A DNA stretch of 64,000 bases from Gaiellales bacterium (GCA_038230835.1 JBBRMM010000014.1:13214-77213); one strand, 5' to 3'; positions 1 through 9,648 are shown, counted from the first letter of the stretch. Notes: generated from the sequence alone by a model not told the origin. Program-made: numbers and translations.

Positions 1-536
1 CGACCACCACCCACGCGATGAGCGTCGCGATCCGGTGGACTCGAGTCATCCACGCAGTATGGTGGGCGGTCCATCCAACCGCCGAGGGACGGCGCCGGCC
101 GGCCCGCCACCTCGCCTCGTCGAGTGTTCGCTGGTCGGCGGTGCCGAAGCCGCATCGCGCTGACCGACGGTTCGACTACTCGGACGGCACGCCGCGCGAG
201 CGCCGTACGCGCGGACCGATCCCGGGCGGCGGCTCGACCGACTCCCGGCTACTGCTTCGAGAGAGTGCGCGACTGTGGGTTCCGCAGATGCCCCCGCCGT
301 ATCTCGCACCGCTGCCTCTCGACGTCGCCGTTTTCGAACCTCGGCAGCGGTCGCCGACTGGCGCCCGGACGTCACGCGCGCCCGCGCACGCTCAGCCTCC
401 ACGACCTTCACAGCCCGCCGATCGACCGGAAGGTGGATCAGGTCTCCCATACCCAGGAGTCTGGCGGCCGTCGCAGACGGGTGGCCTCCGGTCGTCCTGG
501 CGTATGCTCAGGGCCGATTACGAACCGGGAGGCGCC

Positions 537-650
537 ATGATGGACACGCCCGGAGCGCTGAGAGTGCCGAAGGACTACTTCGGTGAGTCCGTAGCGTTGC
601 GATACGGCGAGGACGAGGCGGAGATGTTCGACCGTGCAGTCGGTGCATGA
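537..650 (+). CDS. 37-aa mini-ORF resembling the N-terminus of class I SAM-dependent methyltransferases (possible gene remnant), translationally coupled to the next gene
   Basis: ATG at 537 (second ATG at 540) follows GGGAGG at 527-532. The stop TGA at 648-650 overlaps the ATG of the next gene (ATGA). The peptide MMDTPGALRVPKDYFGESVALRYGEDEAEMFDRAVGA looks like a methyltransferase N-terminal segment, but no Rossmann domain follows. Confidence 0.3.
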   Translation: MMDTPGALRVPKDYFGESVALRYGEDEAEMFDRAVGA

Positions 651-1720
651 CGACTCCTCTCGGGCGCGCCGACGTCTTTTGCCGCCGTTTCGGTTTGCGG
701 TTGCCGATCCTTCTTGCGCCGATGGCCGGTGTCAGCCCGCCGTCACTGTCGATCGCGGTCGCCAATGCAGGCGGCCTCGGATCGTGCGGTGCGCTTCTGT
801 TGTCGCCGGCTGAGATCGAGGCATGGGTCGAGCAGGTGCGGGCCGCCAGCGATGGCGGCTTCCAGCTCAACCTGTGGATTCCCGAACCGGCACCGCCTCG
901 GCGCGATGCCGCGCAGGAAGCGCGGGTGCGCGATTTTCTCGGCCGGTGGGGACCGGCCGTGCCGGACGACGCCGGCGATGCGACGCCGCCCGATTTTGCG
1001 GCGCAGTGTCAGGCGCTTCTCGAAGCGGCGCCCCCGATCGTCTCGTCCGTGATGGGACTGTTCCCGCCGGAGTTCGTGACCGCGATCAAGGCCCGCGGGA
1101 TTGCCTGGTTCGCCAACATCTCCACGGTGGCCGAGGCCCGCGCAGCCGCGGCGGCGGGGGCTGACGTCGTCGTGGCTCAAGGGATGGAGGCCGGTGGACA
1201 TCGCGGCTGCTTCGACGCCGCCCAAGCGGAGGCGCAGATGGTCGGCCTTTTCTCCTTGCTCCCGGCGGTGGCCGACGCGGTGCGGATCCCGGTGGTGGCG
1301 ACCGGGGGCATCGCCGATGCCCGCGGCATCGCCGCCGCCCTGCTGTTGGGCGCCAGCGCCGTCCAGATCGGCACGGGATTCCTCCGTTGCCCCGAAGCCG
1401 GGCTGTCACCGGCGTGGGCAGACGAGTTGGGCGCCACGGCACCGGAGGAGACGCGGATCAGCCGGGTCTTCAGCGGCCGCGCCGGCCGCAGCATCGCCAC
1501 CGACTACGTTCGCGCGGCGACGGCGCCCGACGCGCCAAGACCGGCACCCTATCCCGTACAACGGGCACTCACAGCCCCGCTGCGCGCCGCCGGGCAGACT
1601 GCGGGCGACGTGCAGCGCATGCAGGCCTGGGCCGGCCAGTCCGCAGCCATGGCCCAGGCCAAGCCCGCGGCCGAGATCATGCGCGAACTATGGGACGGAA
1701 CCCAGGCGCTGCTGGCCTGA
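647..1720 (+). CDS. Nitronate monooxygenase / 2-nitropropane dioxygenase family FMN-dependent oxidoreductase
   Basis: 357-aa ORF with LLAPMAGVS, GGLGS, VVAQGMEAGGHRG and ATGGIADARG segments typical of the NMO TIM-barrel family. Confidence 0.85.
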   Translation: MTTPLGRADVFCRRFGLRLPILLAPMAGVSPPSLSIAVANAGGLGSCGALLLSPAEIEAWVEQVRAASDGGFQLNLWIPEPAPPRRDAAQEARVRDFLGRWGPAVPDDAGDATPPDFAAQCQALLEAAPPIVSSVMGLFPPEFVTAIKARGIAWFANISTVAEARAAAAAGADVVVAQGMEAGGHRGCFDAAQAEAQMVGLFSLLPAVADAVRIPVVATGGIADARGIAAALLLGASAVQIGTGFLRCPEAGLSPAWADELGATAPEETRISRVFSGRAGRSIATDYVRAATAPDAPRPAPYPVQRALTAPLRAAGQTAGDVQRMQAWAGQSAAMAQAKPAAEIMRELWDGTQALLA

Positions 1721-2048
1721 CCCGCATCCCATCGATTCGTGCGAGATCTCGCTGGTCAGGCGCTGCTTGCGGCGAAGCGCCGCACCGAGCCGGCCCAGAA
1801 AGTGCGTCGAGGGTGGCGGCGAGTACGGACGCCCCTCCTTCGCTTCGCGCGAGCCGGCGCGACAGCGCGAGGCCAAGCCCATCGCCACCAGCGCCCCGAT
1901 GGCGTTCGTTCGGTGCTTCGTTGTCTCGTCGAACTTTGCGTGCGGTCACCGGGTGCGGGGCGATAGTCGGCCTTCGGTGGTCGTCCAGCGCGTCGGTAGT
2001 TCATCGTGGTGCTCAATCTTTCGGTTTGCGGCGCCGATAGCGGACTAC

Positions 2049-3989
2049 GTGACTTCTGAAACAGGTTCTCAGTGGGATCGCAACGAACGCGCGCCGGAAC
2101 GGGTCGGGTTGGACGGATCGCTGCTTGAGGGGATCTTCGAGCAGTCGGAGATTGGGATGGCGGTAGTCGACCGCGACCTTCGTTTCATCCGCGTGAACCA
2201 TGCGTTTGGGATGTTCCAGGATCGAGACCCGTCGGAGATCGTTGGCACATCTGTGGTTGACGCGCTGCCCGACCTCGCATCTCAGATCGAGCAGGTGATC
2301 CTCACGGTGTTCGCAACCGGGGAGCCGATCATCGGCCAGGAGGTGATCGCGCGAGATCCCGCGGATCCCGATAACGTCCGCTGGTTTCGTGTCAATCGCT
2401 ACCCGATTTTCTCGGCCGGGCGAAGCGTCAGTGCGGTGGTCTCGATGTTCGTCGACGTCACCGATCTGAGGAGCGCTCAGATCCAGCTCGACGATGCGCT
2501 TGCGCTCGCAGAGGAGAATCATCTGTCAGAGTTGGCGAACAAGCGTGCCCAACTCGAGGCGCTCGGCCGGTATCGCACGATCTTCGAGGGCGCGTCGATC
2601 GGTATCTTGAGAGTCGAAGCGGACGGCCGGATGGTGGAAGCCAACCCAGCGATGGAGCGAATGCTCGGCTACACAGCATCCGAACTGGCGGAGATGGACT
2701 TGCGGCGCTACACCCACCCCGAGGATGTGGAGTACAACCTCGCGCTGTTCAGGGAGTTGATGGCGGGCAAACGCGACTCCTACCAGCTGGAGAAGCGGTG
2801 CTACCGCAAGAGCGGCGAACTGGTCTGGATTCAGGTCACGGCGGCCGTCGAGCGCGACGCGCAAGGCAAACCGAAGTTCGCGATCTCGATGCTCGAGAAC
2901 ATCACGGAGCGAAAGGTCGCCCAAGAAGCCCTTTTCCGTCAGGCGGAGCTCAGCGAGCATCAGGCGCTCCACGATGGGCTCACGGGACTTCCCAACCGCC
3001 GCAAGCTGTACAACGACATGGAGCGCATCCTGGCAGGACTGTCGGAACGGGAAACGGTCGCCATCGGACTCTTCGACCTCGACGGCTTCAAGGCATACAA
3101 CGACACCTTCGGACATCCTGCCGGCGACGTGCTCCTAGCCCGTCTCGGCCGGCGACTCGCAACAACGCTCGAGGGCAGAGGCACCGCCTACCGCATGGGC
3201 GGCGACGAGTTCTGCGTCCTCACACACTCGTCAAGCGATCCGGAGACGGCGCTCGCGGACGCCTGCGCGGCACTCGGCGAGCAGGGCGAGCGGTTCACGA
3301 TTCGCTGCTCGCGAGGGTCAGTCGAGCTCCCCGGCGAGGCAGAAACGCTCGAACGGGCCCTCCAACTGGCCGACGAGCGCCTATATGCGGACAAGCGTGC
3401 GAGGCGACGGACCGTGAGTCTGGACGGGCGTGACGCGCTCGTACAACTGATCGCCGAGCAAGACCAAGACCTCGCAACACACGGACTCAACGTCGGCGAA
3501 CTCGCCGCGGCGACTGCGACAAAGCTGGGCCTCTCCGCCGAGGACATCGCCTGCACGCGAGTTGCGGCAGAACTGCATGACATTGGCAAGACAGCGATAC
3601 CCGAGGCGATCCTCAGCAAGCCAGGCCCGCTCGACGACCACGAATGGGAGTTCATCAAACGGCACACCCTGATCGGCGAACGGATCCTCGCTGCGGCGCC
3701 CGCGCTCGCGAGAATCGCGCCAATCGTCCGCTCCAGCCACGAACGCCCCGACGGCAGCGGCTACCCAGATGGCCTCAACACCGACGCCATACCACTCGGC
3801 GCGCGGATCGTCGCCGTCGTCGACGCGTTCGATGCGATGGTCGCGAGTCGACCGTACCGCCCCGCAAGAGGGATCGCCGAAGCCGTCACAGAACTTCGCC
3901 GCTGCGCCGGTACACAGTTCGACCGAGCCGTTGTCGACGCGTTCATCGACGTCATCCAGCAGGTAAAGAACCAAACGCGCGCAGCCTGA
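2049..3989 (+). CDS. PAS-PAS-GGDEF-HD-GYP cyclic-di-GMP signalling protein
   Basis: In-frame GTG at 2049 inside the 1101-3989 ORF; the upstream part is Arg/Pro-rich and looks non-coding. Two PAS-like segments are followed by a GGDEF domain (GLPNRR, DLDGFKAYNDTFGHPAGD, RMGGDEFCV) and an HD-GYP domain (HDIGK, HERPDGSGYPDGL). Confidence 0.85.
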   Translation: MTSETGSQWDRNERAPERVGLDGSLLEGIFEQSEIGMAVVDRDLRFIRVNHAFGMFQDRDPSEIVGTSVVDALPDLASQIEQVILTVFATGEPIIGQEVIARDPADPDNVRWFRVNRYPIFSAGRSVSAVVSMFVDVTDLRSAQIQLDDALALAEENHLSELANKRAQLEALGRYRTIFEGASIGILRVEADGRMVEANPAMERMLGYTASELAEMDLRRYTHPEDVEYNLALFRELMAGKRDSYQLEKRCYRKSGELVWIQVTAAVERDAQGKPKFAISMLENITERKVAQEALFRQAELSEHQALHDGLTGLPNRRKLYNDMERILAGLSERETVAIGLFDLDGFKAYNDTFGHPAGDVLLARLGRRLATTLEGRGTAYRMGGDEFCVLTHSSSDPETALADACAALGEQGERFTIRCSRGSVELPGEAETLERALQLADERLYADKRARRRTVSLDGRDALVQLIAEQDQDLATHGLNVGELAAATATKLGLSAEDIACTRVAAELHDIGKTAIPEAILSKPGPLDDHEWEFIKRHTLIGERILAAAPALARIAPIVRSSHERPDGSGYPDGLNTDAIPLGARIVAVVDAFDAMVASRPYRPARGIAEAVTELRRCAGTQFDRAVVDAFIDVIQQVKNQTRAA

Positions 3990-4025
3990 ACGCCACACCG
4001 TCCGATCCCTCGTTATCCGCGCGTC

Positions 4026-4601
4026 CTACGAGTCACGCGAGCCCGCGTCAAGCTGCGGGCGCTCTTGCACCGATCTGATCAGGTCGCGAAATGAGCCGCC
4101 GGTCTCGGGCGCGATGCGCCACACGTCGCTAGTCCCGAAGATCGAGTACACGCGGAGCCGGACGAGCGGGGCGTCCAGAGCCGGCTCGACATCGTGTCCG
4201 TGCTCGCGCCGATGGCCGAACACGGTGACCCCCCCGACGTCCATGTCCACGCCCAGTGGAACGTAGAAATCGGCGTTGCCGAAGACGAGCAGAGTTGTGA
4301 TCGTCACAATCTGGCCGCCGATCTCCGCCTTCCGAAGGTCGATGTCCGCATCCCCGAACAAGACCGCAAGAGCGGCGAACCGCGGCAATCTCCAGCGCCC
4401 CTTTCGCTCGACACTTCCGAACGCAACGCCGGTGAATCGCGTCGGGCGTCGGTGGGTCCGCGGTTGCAAGTCGAGCGCGTTCCCCGGGAGGTCGACCGTC
4501 AGCGCCTCGAGTTCTGGCCGAATGCGCGCGGCGTAGGCCAAGTCGACGCGGTGGGCGAACTCCTCGAGCGTCAGCCGGCCGTTCACGGCATGCAGACGCA
4601 A
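4026..4601 (-). CDS. DUF1707-type domain protein with a beta-rich C-terminal region (LiaF-like, weak)
   Basis: The track ORF starts at a TTG at 4601. The DUF1707-like motif (IRASDVEREQTVDALRLHAVNGRLTLEEFAHRV) continues in frame upstream to about 4664, where only a CTG is available, so the true 5' end is uncertain. Confidence 0.6.
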   Translation of the reverse strand: MRLHAVNGRLTLEEFAHRVDLAYAARIRPELEALTVDLPGNALDLQPRTHRRPTRFTGVAFGSVERKGRWRLPRFAALAVLFGDADIDLRKAEIGGQIVTITTLLVFGNADFYVPLGVDMDVGGVTVFGHRREHGHDVEPALDAPLVRLRVYSIFGTSDVWRIAPETGGSFRDLIRSVQERPQLDAGSRDS

Positions 4602-4807
4602 GGCGTCGACGGTCTGCTCACGCTCGACATCGGAGGCGCGAATGGCTGGTGGCTCGTTGCTCAGGTCAGTCGTAGTTTGTACCGTCTACGGCCTCCCCCG
4701 CAAGCATCGGGTGATGGGGCGCTCTCGCCGCAAGGCGCCTACCACGTTCACCACGATCACGCTCATACGTGCTACCCACCAGCTCGCGGAGCCGAAACCC
4801 GACCGCC

Positions 4808-6007
4808 CTACTCCCTGAACTCCCCGAACCCCTGCTGGTCGGAGCCGGCGATGCGGGTGAAGTCGCCCCCCACCGCCAGCCGGCCGTTCCCTGACGCCAC
4901 GGTGAACGTGCCGAGTGGGCTGTTCGCGCTGGGATGCCAGGTCTCGAGGTTTCCGGTCAACTCGTCGACGGCGATCAGCTTGTCGCGATTGGCGACGATG
5001 CCGGTCAGGGAGCAGCTGTTGCTGCCCAACACCGGGCCGCAATACGAGTTGAAGTGGCCGGCGACGTAGAGCACGCCGTCCATCACCGTGACGGACACCA
5101 CGTTGCCGTCCATACCCCCGACATACTGGAGCGTGCCGTCGGCCGGCGAGAGCGACATGAACGACCCACCGTTTCCGGTACCCGCCGCGTAGACGCCGCT
5201 CGGGTCGGCTACCAGCGACACGATCTGGAACGGGTGCGTGGCACTCCCCGGAAGCGGGTGCCAGTTCCACGTCAGCGATGCCCCCGTGGTGGGGTCAACC
5301 GCCCCGATGGCGACGCTGGGCGCACCGTCGAGGTTCTGGAAGTCCCCGCCGAGCACGATCTTCGTGCCGTCGGCAGTCGGGGTGATCGCGCGCACCGCGG
5401 CGTCTACCACCGGTGCCCAGCCCGGAATCAGCGCCCCGGTTGTCGGATCGAGGAGCGCGGCGTAGGGCTGAGACGCTCCCCCGACGGTGGTGAAGGCGCC
5501 GCCGACGTAGAGCCCGCCGCTCCCCAGCGCGATCGCCTGGACACCGGCGTCGACCTGGGCATGAAACGCGAGCACGACCGCTCCGGTGGTGGCGTCGACC
5601 TCGGCGATACGGCGGCGCGAAAAGCCGCCGACGGTGCCGAACGCCCCTCCGAGATAGACGGCGGAACCGGCCGGATCGATGGCGACGACGTTGGCGTTCA
5701 CGTTAGGATCCCACGGCAGGACGTCGCCGGTTCTGAGATCGATCGCGGCCGCATGATTGCGAGCCACCTCTCCGATGCCGACTGGGTCGCCCGCCGGCCG
5801 CACTGACGTGAAGCTGCCACCGATGTAGGCGACTGTGCCCTGCACAGCCACGACGTCCACCCGGCCGTTCGTCTGATAGGAGGGCCTGACATGGGTTCGG
5901 ACCACAGCCGCGCTCGCCGATGCCGGAACGCTCAAGAACGTCCCGATCACTGCCAGCGCAGCGGGAACGCGCGGTAGCCATGACCGGAATCCCAGATTGA
6001 CCCTCAT
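4808..6007 (-). CDS. Secreted beta-propeller repeat protein (GGxFTxVxG-type repeats)
   Basis: Signal-peptide-like N-terminus MRVNLGFRSWLPRVPAALAVIGTFLSVPASASA from the ATG at 6007 (alternative GTG at 6028). It has repeated motifs YIGGSFTSV, YLGGAFGTVGG, YVGGAFTTVGG, LGGDFQNLDG and VGGDFTRIAG. It is a paralogue of the N-terminal two-thirds of the 21801-23693 protein. Confidence 0.75.
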   Translation of the reverse strand: MRVNLGFRSWLPRVPAALAVIGTFLSVPASASAAVVRTHVRPSYQTNGRVDVVAVQGTVAYIGGSFTSVRPAGDPVGIGEVARNHAAAIDLRTGDVLPWDPNVNANVVAIDPAGSAVYLGGAFGTVGGFSRRRIAEVDATTGAVVLAFHAQVDAGVQAIALGSGGLYVGGAFTTVGGASQPYAALLDPTTGALIPGWAPVVDAAVRAITPTADGTKIVLGGDFQNLDGAPSVAIGAVDPTTGASLTWNWHPLPGSATHPFQIVSLVADPSGVYAAGTGNGGSFMSLSPADGTLQYVGGMDGNVVSVTVMDGVLYVAGHFNSYCGPVLGSNSCSLTGIVANRDKLIAVDELTGNLETWHPSANSPLGTFTVASGNGRLAVGGDFTRIAGSDQQGFGEFRE

Positions 6008-6080
6008 GTTCACGAGCGTACCGTTCACACAGAAGCTGTCAAGAACCTCTGCAGGCCGGGCCGGTCGTTAGGCTGCGTTT

Positions 6081-7182
6081 GTGTTCGCTGCGTTTCTCCA
6101 CCTGATTCTGGCGCTGGCGTCCTTGGTAGCTTCCAACGGCACCCCGGTCGGCCCGGCGGGTGTGCGCGTCGAGTCGCCGCGTGCGTACGAGGCATGGGAC
6201 GGACGCCTACGCGGCACCGCGCCTGCGGGCTCGACCCTGATCGTGCGCGCCGGCACACATCGCTGGATGGTCGAGGCGGACGAGGATGGCGACATCGATG
6301 CAACCGTCGAGCCCGTTCCGCTCGGCGACGAGCCGGTGGAGATCGCCGGCCACACCATCGGCCCGGTCTACGGCATCCCGTCGGGATCGCTGCGCGCGTT
6401 TGCGCCGGCGTCGAACGACGCCGCCCTGCAGCGGCAACTGGCCGAACTGGCGCAGCAGGTGACCCCGTTCGTGGGGGTGTATGCGCGCGCCGGCCAACGG
6501 TACCGCGGCCGCGTACAACGCCGGCGCGGAATTCGAAGCCGCGAGCACGCTCAAGCTGCCGGTGATGGTGGTTGCATTGACCCAGAACCGTGGCGAGCTT
6601 CACAGCTCACGGTTCTGGGACCCATTCGTGCGTGTGACCAGCTGGTCGGACAACGCTGCCGCAAACGAGCTTCTGACCATGACGGGCGGGAGCGAGACCG
6701 GCGGCGCGGCGCTGATGGTGCGCACCATGCGCGCGCTTGGACTGCGCCACACTTCCATGTCCGGTGGCTACCTGACCGGTGCTGGAGGGGGCCCGCCTGC
6801 GGTCAGCGCACCGGAGCCACCGCCGGCCGCATACAAGCACACCACCGCCGCGGACATGGCGACGCTCGCGGGGTTCCTGGCGGACGCCGCGGTCGGCGAG
6901 GGCCCGCTCGAGCGTCGAGGTGTCGATCGCCACGAGGCCCGTGAGTTGCTGTACCTGATGCTGCACGCGCAGGACGAGGGACTGGTGCGCGCCGGAGCGG
7001 GCGGCCTGCCGGTGGCGCACAAGATCGGCTGGCTCGACGAGACCCGAAACGACGTGGCGATCGTGTTCACCTCAGGCGGCCCGGTGGCGATCTCGATCTT
7101 CACCTACGGCACGATCGACACCACCGTGACCAACTTCGGCGCGGCCGCCACGCGAGCGGTGCTCCGCGCGGCGCGCACCTGA
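6081..7182 (+). pseudogene. Class A beta-lactamase-like serine hydrolase with signal peptide and extra N-terminal domain, interrupted by an apparent +1 frame change near 6483-6495
   Basis: Frame A (6081 onward) encodes a signal peptide, a beta-rich domain and the first helix (ALQRQLAELAQQVTPFVGVYARA), then becomes Arg-rich nonsense. Frame B (open only from 6463, ATG 6481) encodes ANGTAAAYNAGAEFEAASTLKLP (SxxK), SWSDNAAAN (SDN) and HKIGW (KTG-like) through 7182. The junction lies at a G5 run and a gcgcgcgccggcc repeat. Confidence 0.6.
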
Positions 7183-7232
7183 TCACGCGGGCGCCAACTT
7201 CGAGGAGCTGTGAGCCCGCGTCCCGTGACCGC

Positions 7233-8183
7233 TCAACCTGTACCCCCGTCGTCAGCACGAGCTGCCGTGCTGCGGGTGCGAAGGTTCGGTGCGCCGCTGA
7301 GCGCGACGGCAAGCCGATCGGTGAAGTCGAGGATGGTGCTCCCGTCCGCGGCGCCATGGTCGGGGTTCAGCTCGGTGATCGTGATCGCACTGAAACGCGG
7401 GTCGCCGACCAGGACGGTGAGGGCAGGGAACGCCTGGTGCCGGGTGAGTCCGACGTTTCGGCCGGTGTTTTCGGAGAGCGGAGCGTCGGTGAAGTCGATG
7501 GTGTCGACGTCGAAGTGAACGACCAGTCGATCGCAGGCGGCCAGCATCGCAAGCGCTCGCTCCGCCGCCGCGGCCGGGTGGTCGGCGACATCGCCCACCG
7601 GGACGGTCAGCAGTCCCCGACGGGCGATCGTGTCGAGTTCCCACGCCGTGCTCTGCTCACGACCGTGAGCGAACAGCACGATCTGGTCGTTCTCGAGCAG
7701 CGGTGCATGCGGCCCGAACTCGGTCAGCGCACGGGTCGCGTCAGCTTCGCCGAGCAGGTGAGCCACACCCATCCAGTCGAGCGCCCCGTCGCGGACGCTC
7801 GCCGGCGTGTTGAGATCGGCGTGGATGTCGAAGTACACGACACCCAGGCGTTGGGAGGTCGGGAAATGACCGGCGATCGTGCCCAGCCCGACCGTGCAGT
7901 CGCCCCCGAGAACGAGCACCGCCTCACCGTCCCCGAGCGCAGCACGAACACCGCTGGCGGTCCGAGCGGCACTCTCGACGGCGGCGTGCAGGTTCTGTGC
8001 TCGAGGGTTCGTGGGGTCGGGGCGCCAACGCCAGGTCGGCGAGTCGCCGTGATCCACGACATCGACGCCCAGCGCGGAGAGCCGCTCGAGCAGCCCCGCT
8101 TCCCGCAGTGCCCGCGGCGCCTGCTCCTGGCCCGGCGCATAGGCACCGGCGCTACTCGGCGCCCCGATCACACCGAGTCGCAT
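7233..8183 (-). CDS. Arginase/agmatinase/formiminoglutamase (ureohydrolase) family protein
   Basis: ATG at 8183 (MRLGVIGAPSS) follows a GAGGGG RBS-like sequence. Family motifs present are LVLGGDCTV, VYFDIHADLNTP and HFDVDTIDF. The longer track ORF to 8459 has a non-coding-like N-terminus. Confidence 0.8.
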   Translation of the reverse strand: MRLGVIGAPSSAGAYAPGQEQAPRALREAGLLERLSALGVDVVDHGDSPTWRWRPDPTNPRAQNLHAAVESAARTASGVRAALGDGEAVLVLGGDCTVGLGTIAGHFPTSQRLGVVYFDIHADLNTPASVRDGALDWMGVAHLLGEADATRALTEFGPHAPLLENDQIVLFAHGREQSTAWELDTIARRGLLTVPVGDVADHPAAAAERALAMLAACDRLVVHFDVDTIDFTDAPLSENTGRNVGLTRHQAFPALTVLVGDPRFSAITITELNPDHGAADGSTILDFTDRLAVALSGAPNLRTRSTAARADDGGTG

Positions 8184-8322
8184 GCCCGCCCCTCGTTTCT
8201 CGAAAGCTCCATCCGCGAGTTGTATCGCCAGCGTCCCCCGCTCGCCAACCGGCGCCGGGCCACGCCCTCGGCGGTTCTCTGCGGTGGGAAGGACGCCCCG
8301 GGACGACCCCGAATGGTGCGGT

Positions 8323-9633
8323 GTGACCGAAACACCGCCCACCCGGAGAACGCCGCTGAGGCCTCCGACGAGCAGGTTGCGGGGCGGCTTGATCGCAGTG
8401 CTGGGGGCTGTGGCCCTGCTTGCGGTGTGGCCGTCGCCCGCGCTCGCCTCGACCACCATCTACGTCAGCGACAGCACCTCCTTCGAGCATGCGGTGGCCA
8501 CCCTGCGACAGACCGGCGGCCGGATCGTGCTTCGGGCGCATGTGTACACCACACAGCTGGTCGTCGGCCCAAGGTCGAATCACTTTCTGACCATCGTCGG
8601 TGCGACCGGCGCGCGCGTGCAGAGTCTCTACCTGGACGGCACCCAGTCGGTCGCGGTGACGCACCTGAGCGTCCACCCCGAGACGGCCGATGGTGGCATT
8701 CTCGTCCAGGACTCGCTCAGGATCGTGCTCACCCAGCTCGCGTTGACCGCGAACGCCACCCGGCGCAACATGGAGGTCAGACTCAATCACTCGACGGATG
8801 TGACGTTCAGGGGGAACAACGTGTCGCATTGCGGCGACCTGTCCTTCGAGTGGTCGCTGTGCCTGCTGCTGATCTACCCGAGCCACGTCAACATCGAAGG
8901 CAACTACTTCCACGACTGCCGCGGCTGTGACTTCATTCACGGCTTCGCCGGAAAGGACGTGTCGATCCGCGGCAACGAGTTCGATCGCGCGCTGCGGTGC
9001 GGATTCGCGCTGGCGAAGTGCGTGCACCAGGACATGATCGAACTGTTCGCGGCGGACGGGCTGTTCGTGCTCGGCAACCGCTTTGGAGTCACCCAGCGCG
9101 GCGGCGCCCAGCTCTACCTGACGAGCCGAGTCAACTACGTCCGCGTCGTCAACAACCTGTTCCGCCACTCCGACCCGCGAGTTCCGGGCGTGCACTCGCC
9201 GACCGGTGTGGTGGTCGGGGTGCCCGTCTCCCGGATCTTCCCCAAGTACGTCGAGATCCTGAACAACACGATCATGTCGGGCATCCCGTTGTCGACCCAC
9301 GCTGCGGCGTCGATCGTCCTCGCTCCGGGTTATCGGTTCCAGCCGGTGGCCATCCGACCCCTGATCGTGAACAACGTCTTGTACCGACTCGAGGACCGCA
9401 ACCTGGTGTGCCCCGATGTCCGGGCCAGCATCCGTAACGTCGTGGTCGGCGGCAGCGCGTGCTCGACATCGGACCGCGCCGGCAGCGCGTACCTCGATTC
9501 CGAGGACCGCCCCACCGCAGCTTCGGCGCTGCTGATCGACCGGGCGTCGGCAGTCTGGGCTCCCCCGACCGATCTGACGGGACGGTTGCGCGGCTCCGCC
9601 CCGGATATCGGCTGTTACGAGTACTTCTCCTGA
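8323..9633 (+). CDS. Secreted right-handed parallel beta-helix repeat protein
   Basis: GTG at 8323 gives a basic N-region plus the hydrophobic stretch GGLIAVLGAVALLAVWPSPALA. Periodic beta-helix-like rungs follow (VTFRGNNVSHC, VNIEGNYFHDC, VSIRGNEFD, VRVVNNLF, VEILNNTI, LIVNNVLY). The start is uncertain. Confidence 0.65.
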   Translation: MTETPPTRRTPLRPPTSRLRGGLIAVLGAVALLAVWPSPALASTTIYVSDSTSFEHAVATLRQTGGRIVLRAHVYTTQLVVGPRSNHFLTIVGATGARVQSLYLDGTQSVAVTHLSVHPETADGGILVQDSLRIVLTQLALTANATRRNMEVRLNHSTDVTFRGNNVSHCGDLSFEWSLCLLLIYPSHVNIEGNYFHDCRGCDFIHGFAGKDVSIRGNEFDRALRCGFALAKCVHQDMIELFAADGLFVLGNRFGVTQRGGAQLYLTSRVNYVRVVNNLFRHSDPRVPGVHSPTGVVVGVPVSRIFPKYVEILNNTIMSGIPLSTHAAASIVLAPGYRFQPVAIRPLIVNNVLYRLEDRNLVCPDVRASIRNVVVGGSACSTSDRAGSAYLDSEDRPTAASALLIDRASAVWAPPTDLTGRLRGSAPDIGCYEYFS

Positions 9634-9648
9634 CCGAGCCAGGAGCGC

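Noticed and set aside
46-450. 134-aa minus-strand ORF whose stop overlaps (ATGA) a hydrophobic ORF start (MTRVHRIATLIAWVVV…) running off the left edge.
   Set aside because: The product is basic, low in complexity and has no motif, and its third-position GC bias is only moderate by eye. The downstream ORF has only 16 visible codons. I cannot support either as a gene from this window alone, although the ATGA coupling means they should be rechecked with flanking sequence.
1101-2048. N-terminal 316 codons of the 962-aa track ORF preceding the PAS-GGDEF-HD-GYP protein.
   Set aside because: The sequence is Arg/Pro/Ser-rich, overlaps the NMO gene in another frame and has no domain. The PAS region begins just after an in-frame GTG at 2049.
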